This document shows, in pieces, positions 15,560 through 20,000 of a stretch of DNA of 20,000 bases (the first letter of the stretch is position 1; every line of letters begins with the position of its first letter). The stretch is from the IMG/VR virus record IMGVR_UViG_3300009182_000047, positions 58,190 to 78,189 of that record. The stretch is one strand, 5' to 3'. This stretch comes from an uncultured virus (IMG/VR IMGVR_UViG_3300009182_000047). Lineage: Duplodnaviria; Heunggongvirae; Uroviricota; Caudoviricetes. Below the pieces are notes generated by a model. It saw only the letters and a list, made by a program, of their open reading frames with translations, had not been told where the DNA came from and made no database searches. The translations under genes were made by a program, and so were the position numbers.

Positions 15560-15905
15560 TTTATGGGTCAAACAAATGCATTTTGAAGATACAGGTGATA
15601 CCATGCAGGGTCACTCGCACAAATTTGATCATCCCACCCTAGTGGCATATGGCAGTGTGCGTGTAACCGTGGAGGGTGTTGATACAGTTTTTAAAGCACC
15701 ACATATTATTTTTATTTCAAAAGATAAACTTCACGAAATTACTGCTTTAGAGCCTGGCACAGTGGCCTACTGTATTCATCCAATTCGCGGTGAACGCCAA
15801 GAAGATATTTTTGCACACAATCAAATACCGGCTGGCATCGAGCACCCTATAAATATTTTGAATGATAGTGATCAACTGCTTTTAAATTCTACAATACAGG
15901 ATTAA
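15528..15905 (+). CDS. Cupin-fold protein (about 125 aa)
   Basis: Cupin motifs GHSHKFDHPTLVAYGSVRV and FKAPHIIFISKDKLHEITALEP...CIH. ATG 15528 preferred over GTG 15513 because GGGA lies 5 nt upstream. Overlaps the oxygenase 3' end. Confidence 0.8.
   Translation: MLNEDIILVSNLWVKQMHFEDTGDTMQGHSHKFDHPTLVAYGSVRVTVEGVDTVFKAPHIIFISKDKLHEITALEPGTVAYCIHPIRGERQEDIFAHNQIPAGIEHPINILNDSDQLLLNSTIQD
15848..15855 (+). promoter_or_regulatory. Perfect T4 late promoter consensus TATAAATA inside the cupin 3' end
   Basis: Exact TATAAATA 53 nt upstream of ATG 15909. It could be chance in AT-rich DNA. Confidence 0.4.
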
Positions 15906-15908
15906 TTG

Positions 15909-17669
15909 ATGGCAACTGTTGTAATAGCCTTAACCGCTGCCACTATTGGTAACACTGGTATCTGGTATGCTCCTGTGGATTGCAACGGCAGTATTACGGT
16001 GGAACTCATTGGCCCCGGGGGTCGCGGCGGCGGAGCCTATACTAAAAATACACTTGGTGCAGGTCCGGGCAAAAAATTCTATGTTAATTTTTTAGAAAAT
16101 ACCTGGATAAATACCACAAATGCTGTGCCCACAAATGCCTTGCTTGGTGCCAAAGCTGCTGGCGCATCTACTAGCACTGGTGCCGGTGGCCTAGCAAGTG
16201 CCTGCATACCAAATATCTTAGGTGTAACATTTAGTGGCGGCAACGGTCCGACCCCAGACTTCGGGAACAACTCGCCCGCCTCTAGCTCTGGGCAAGGTTG
16301 TGGAGGCGCTGCCGGGCCAAGTGGCCCTGGCGGCAATGGTGTAGCTTCACCGTCATTGGGGACACCCGGAGACGGCGGCAGTAGCAACGGTCATGCTGTT
16401 GGCTATAATGGCGGTACTGTTAGTTCCCCGTTGGGTAAAAAAGAAGTCATATATACAGATTTTGCAGGTAATGGATATGGACCAGCCAGCGGCGCCAATG
16501 GCGGCAACTACGTAACCAGCAAATCCGGCAACTATTATGCTCTTCAGGGTTTTGGTACTGCCTCTGGCGGCGGCGGCTACAATCCTACGCCTAATAATGG
16601 ACTCATTATTATTACCTACACTCCCACGCAAATTCCAGGTACATATACAGAGGTATTTGTTAATCCCGGAACGGCACCTTGGCGCACTCCGGCGGGTGTG
16701 ATATCTATAAAAGCTGAAGCAATTGGTGGTGGCGGCAGTGGCATTGGCGGTGGCGGTTATGGCGGCGGCCCCAGCGGCGCAGGTGGTGGTGGTGGTGGCG
16801 CGTATGCGGCCACCACCGCAATAACAGTGTCAACTGGAACTATTGCGTATATTACAGTTGCTTCTAGTATGGTACCGGGGGTCGGCGGCGGTGGAGATTC
16901 TTGGTTTAATCTCTCAAACAGCCCACCAACTACATCAACAACAGGCGTCCTCGCCAGTGGCGCAAGAAGTGGCGCTAGCAATGCCGCTACCAATCAGGGG
17001 ACTGCTGCTAACAGCATCGGTGATACAAAATTTAGCGGCGGCAGCGGCGGCGTTAACGTTAGGCCAGATGTATACCCTAGTTCGGCAGGGGGCGGCGGCA
17101 GTGGTGGACCCGGCGGTGCAGGCGGCCGAGGCGGTAACGACTTTGGCTCATACGGCGATTTTTCAGGCGGTGGAGGTGGTGGCGGCGCGGGTGGAGCAGC
17201 TGGTAACACTGACGGAGCTTCTGCATCCGGCTTTGGCTTTGGCAGCACTGCTGCTACCGGTGGCGCAGGAGGTAAAGGATCGGCGGCTGGAACAGCAGCC
17301 GCCGGAGGAACCCTAACTTCACCAGCCGCACCTGGTAGTGCTGGAGGCGGCGGCGGAGGAGGAGGCTCAAATTATACAACCGGAGCTTCGGGTAGTGTAT
17401 ATCCGTATTGGACTAATCCGATAGGCGAAATCTTTGGCCCAAGCGGCGGCGGTGGCGGCTCTGGCAGGACCTATTCAACTACTCGAACAATTCCAGGAGC
17501 AGGCGGAACATACGGCGGAGGCGGCGGCGGTGGCGGCGCAACAGGTAGCGGATCTACGTATAACACTACTCCCGGCGCCAGCGGCGGACAAGGCTTGGTT
17601 GTACTTACATACACTGTGTCATCTGATGGTGCCGCTGCTTCCAATAACATCTTTATGATGTTCTTTTAA
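15909..17669 (+). CDS. Glycine-rich fibre-tip/adhesin-like protein with two tandem Gly-rich domains (586 aa)
   Basis: Two units: WYAPVDCNGSITVELIGPGG...GGGAY...NGLIIITY and WRTPAGVISIKAEAIGGGG...GGGGGAY...GGQGLVVLTY. Long GGxGG runs reminiscent of the polyglycine-II sandwich of T-even gp38 adhesins; hydrophobic C-terminus NNIFMMFF. SD AGGA upstream of ATG 15909. Confidence 0.75.
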   Translation: MATVVIALTAATIGNTGIWYAPVDCNGSITVELIGPGGRGGGAYTKNTLGAGPGKKFYVNFLENTWINTTNAVPTNALLGAKAAGASTSTGAGGLASACIPNILGVTFSGGNGPTPDFGNNSPASSSGQGCGGAAGPSGPGGNGVASPSLGTPGDGGSSNGHAVGYNGGTVSSPLGKKEVIYTDFAGNGYGPASGANGGNYVTSKSGNYYALQGFGTASGGGGYNPTPNNGLIIITYTPTQIPGTYTEVFVNPGTAPWRTPAGVISIKAEAIGGGGSGIGGGGYGGGPSGAGGGGGGAYAATTAITVSTGTIAYITVASSMVPGVGGGGDSWFNLSNSPPTTSTTGVLASGARSGASNAATNQGTAANSIGDTKFSGGSGGVNVRPDVYPSSAGGGGSGGPGGAGGRGGNDFGSYGDFSGGGGGGGAGGAAGNTDGASASGFGFGSTAATGGAGGKGSAAGTAAAGGTLTSPAAPGSAGGGGGGGGSNYTTGASGSVYPYWTNPIGEIFGPSGGGGGSGRTYSTTRTIPGAGGTYGGGGGGGGATGSGSTYNTTPGASGGQGLVVLTYTVSSDGAAASNNIFMMFF

Positions 17670-17704
17670 AACTCATTCATGCTTAATATTACAAAGAAAT
17701 TACC

Positions 17705-17712
17705 GATAAATA
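17705..17712 (+). promoter_or_regulatory. T4-like late promoter (GATAAATA)
   Basis: TAAATA at 17707-17712 in the intergenic gap, followed by SD AGGA (17730-17733) and ATG 17742. Confidence 0.65.
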
Positions 17713-17741
17713 GAACTATATTGTAAAATAGGATAATATAA

Positions 17742-20000
17742 ATGAGTTTTCCACTATCCCCGTCAAATAATCAAACTGCCGTATTGAATGGACAAACATA
17801 CATCTATAGCAGTTCTAACTTGTCGTGGACTCGTATTGTTCAATATGTTACAGCCACTACTAGTTTGTTAGTAACTGGAAATACTCAGGCAACTGCAACT
17901 AATACAGGTGCTCTACAGGTCATTGGTGGCACAGGCATCGGCGGCAATTTATGGGTTGGCGGAACAATTTACGGGTCAATAGCAGGCCCAGTCTTGGGAA
18001 CTATTACATCGGCTACAAATATCAGTGGTGGTACCGCCGGGCAATTACTTTATCAATCGGCCACAAATATTACAGCATTTGTCAGCACAGGTACTTTGGG
18101 CAACGTTTTGGTTAGTAACGGAACAAATGCTCCTACATATAATAACACACTGACATTGACTGGTACAACTGCATCTGTATCAACTAACACAGGTGCGTTA
18201 CAAGTAGTAGGTGGTGTTGGTGTAGGAGGCGATTTATATCTAAGTGGAACCATTACTCAAGTTGGCGGTACGCACGCTACTTTAGCAACTACTTATAATT
18301 TAATTAATACAACTGCAACCACTGTTAACTTTGCTGGTGCGGCCACTACAATTATTATGGGTGCTAGTAACAACGGCACTACTACTGTAAGAAACAATTT
18401 AGTTGTATCGGGCAACTTGACTATCCAAGGTACCACGACTATCGTTGATAGTACAGTTACCAATATCGCAGATCCTATTATTACGCTAGGTGGTGGTGCT
18501 GGTAATGCTGCACCCACTGCGGACGATAACAAAGATCGTGGTGTTGCATTTAAATGGGTCAACAATAGTGGTTCTACTAGTACAGGTTTCTTTGGTTATA
18601 AAGATACTACTGGTTATTTTACCTATATTACCACGGCCACAATCACAGGTGAGGTAGTCAGCGGAACCAAAGGGGCAATGGATGTAAACCTAGCAGGCGG
18701 AACAGCTATGTCTATTGTTTACCAAAGCTCACCAGATAACACAGCTTTCTTAGCAGCTAGCACCAGCGGATATATATTACAAACTAACGGAACCGGTAGT
18801 CCGCCTACTTGGGTATCAGCTAGTGGTGTCAGTGCAGGTAGTGCAACCTATGCTGACAACGTTAGAACAGTTCAACAAACAGGTAATGCAAGTTATTATC
18901 CAACTTTTGTAAGTGCTAACAATGCTAGTAACGCATATATGCCAGTGTATACTACTGCTAGTTTTGTTATTAATCCGATGACCGGCAACGTGGGTATTAG
19001 TACTACTACTCCAAATTCTAGACTAGATATTAGATTTGCAGCCTTAACAACATCAACTCAACTTAATCACATTTTATTGCAGTCTCTTGCAGACGGTGCC
19101 AGTAATGCTCTTGGTGCTCGTACTGGTATTACTTTTAATAATAGAACAGTTGATTATACTAGTTCTGGAGGATTAAGTACATCTGGTATATACGGTATCA
19201 ATGCCGATCCTGCTACTTATGTTTACGGCAGAGCAATGGGGCTGGTGTTTTATACTTCAGCAATGGATGCAGCCGCCACAGAAAAGTTACGCATTACCAG
19301 CAACGGCGGCGTGAGTTTTGGAACTAGCGGTACTGCATACGGCACAGCTGGGCAAATACTACAAAGCAATGGCGATGCCGCACCAACTTGGGTTCCAGTA
19401 AGCAGTGCAACAGTAGGTACAAGTACTCAAGTACAAACGGTGGCAACAATTACCAATGCCAGTCATTATCTAACATTTGTTGATAGTAATAATGCTAGTG
19501 CTACTGCCGAAACAGTCTATACTACTAGCAGTTTTGTAGTTAATCCATCAACAAGATTTGTTGGTATTGGCACATCTGTACCTAGTAGTAAATTCCATGT
19601 ATTAGGTGCAGGAACAACATCTTTACCTTCTAAACGTGGTGGTGGATTTACATCAGTATACATAGAAAACAACACAGCCGCAACAGATGCATATTTAGAA
19701 ATAGCTAACACAGCAACTAACAGCATGGGATTGTTGTTTAGTAAAGGCTCTGCATCTGGACCTTATGGGTTAATTAACTATAATAACAGTACTGATGTAA
19801 TGTCATTATATACGTCTGCTACAATTGCTATGTATATAGACGGTAGTCAAAATATATTAATAGGTACTGCTTCACAGTTAAACACTGGTTTTACTAACAG
19901 ATTAAACGTTAGCGGAAGTATTGTAGCTGGAAATGCTTCCAGTACCAACGGTTCTATTTTAATGCAGGGACAATACGGAACTGGGGCAATCACTGTATTA
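17742..20000 (+). CDS. Tail fibre protein, 5' part (at least 753 aa; runs off the window end)
   Basis: Manual translation from ATG 17742 (MSFPLSPSNNQTAVLNGQTYIYSSSNLSWTR...) is open to base 20000. It contains TGALQVIGGTGIGG and TGALQVVGGVGVGG, DPIITLGG...DDNKDRGVAF, GNVGISTTTP, TEKLRITSNG and FVGIGTSVPSSKFHV fibre motifs. Absent from the ORF track because there is no stop codon in the window. Confidence 0.88.
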   Translation, partial: MSFPLSPSNNQTAVLNGQTYIYSSSNLSWTRIVQYVTATTSLLVTGNTQATATNTGALQVIGGTGIGGNLWVGGTIYGSIAGPVLGTITSATNISGGTAGQLLYQSATNITAFVSTGTLGNVLVSNGTNAPTYNNTLTLTGTTASVSTNTGALQVVGGVGVGGDLYLSGTITQVGGTHATLATTYNLINTTATTVNFAGAATTIIMGASNNGTTTVRNNLVVSGNLTIQGTTTIVDSTVTNIADPIITLGGGAGNAAPTADDNKDRGVAFKWVNNSGSTSTGFFGYKDTTGYFTYITTATITGEVVSGTKGAMDVNLAGGTAMSIVYQSSPDNTAFLAASTSGYILQTNGTGSPPTWVSASGVSAGSATYADNVRTVQQTGNASYYPTFVSANNASNAYMPVYTTASFVINPMTGNVGISTTTPNSRLDIRFAALTTSTQLNHILLQSLADGASNALGARTGITFNNRTVDYTSSGGLSTSGIYGINADPATYVYGRAMGLVFYTSAMDAAATEKLRITSNGGVSFGTSGTAYGTAGQILQSNGDAAPTWVPVSSATVGTSTQVQTVATITNASHYLTFVDSNNASATAETVYTTSSFVVNPSTRFVGIGTSVPSSKFHVLGAGTTSLPSKRGGGFTSVYIENNTAATDAYLEIANTATNSMGLLFSKGSASGPYGLINYNNSTDVMSLYTSATIAMYIDGSQNILIGTASQLNTGFTNRLNVSGSIVAGNASSTNGSILMQGQYGTGAITVL

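Noticed and set aside
170..17669. All eleven visible stop codons are TAA, raising possible TAG/TGA reassignment
   Set aside because: The genes are long and intact under code 11 with no in-frame TAG or TGA needing read-through. TAA preference is expected in AT-rich, highly expressed late genes.
128..19726. Numerous short minus-strand ORFs and alternative-frame plus-strand ORFs in the track
   Set aside because: They are shadows of long Thr/Gly/Val-rich genes (for example Pro-rich antisense of GGN codons), lie within or across real CDSs and show no recognisable motifs.
10928..20000. Diversity-generating retroelement acting on the fibre genes
   Set aside because: No reverse transcriptase and no template/variable repeat pair with adenine-specific mismatches is visible in this window.

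Overview
This window is the late (virion morphogenesis) region of a large, AT-rich T4-like myovirus; the host cannot be determined from it. All real genes are on the + strand. In order: the 3' end of a gp23-type major capsid gene and its UUCG terminator; a compact structured leader; two probable virion proteins; a 2,208-aa beta-helix-type virion protein and a small partner; three Thr/Gly-rich fibre genes; a 2OG-Fe(II) oxygenase; a cupin; a Gly-rich adhesin-like gene; and a further fibre gene (17742 to beyond the window end) that the ORF track missed. All four larger intergenic gaps carry a TAAATA late-promoter core. The most striking signal is in the 2,208-aa protein: seven helical repeats of about 140-170 aa, each with an invariant C-x-R-D motif and usually a downstream GG. 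The spacing matches the bilin-attachment helix of phycobiliproteins, suggesting a possibly chromophore-binding virion protein. Other leads are a possibly pseudoknotted RNA leader after the capsid terminator, recurring terminal modules that could dock the fibres into a branched array, and two metalloenzyme genes embedded between a fibre and its putative tip adhesin. All family assignments are from motif recognition by eye; no searches were run.
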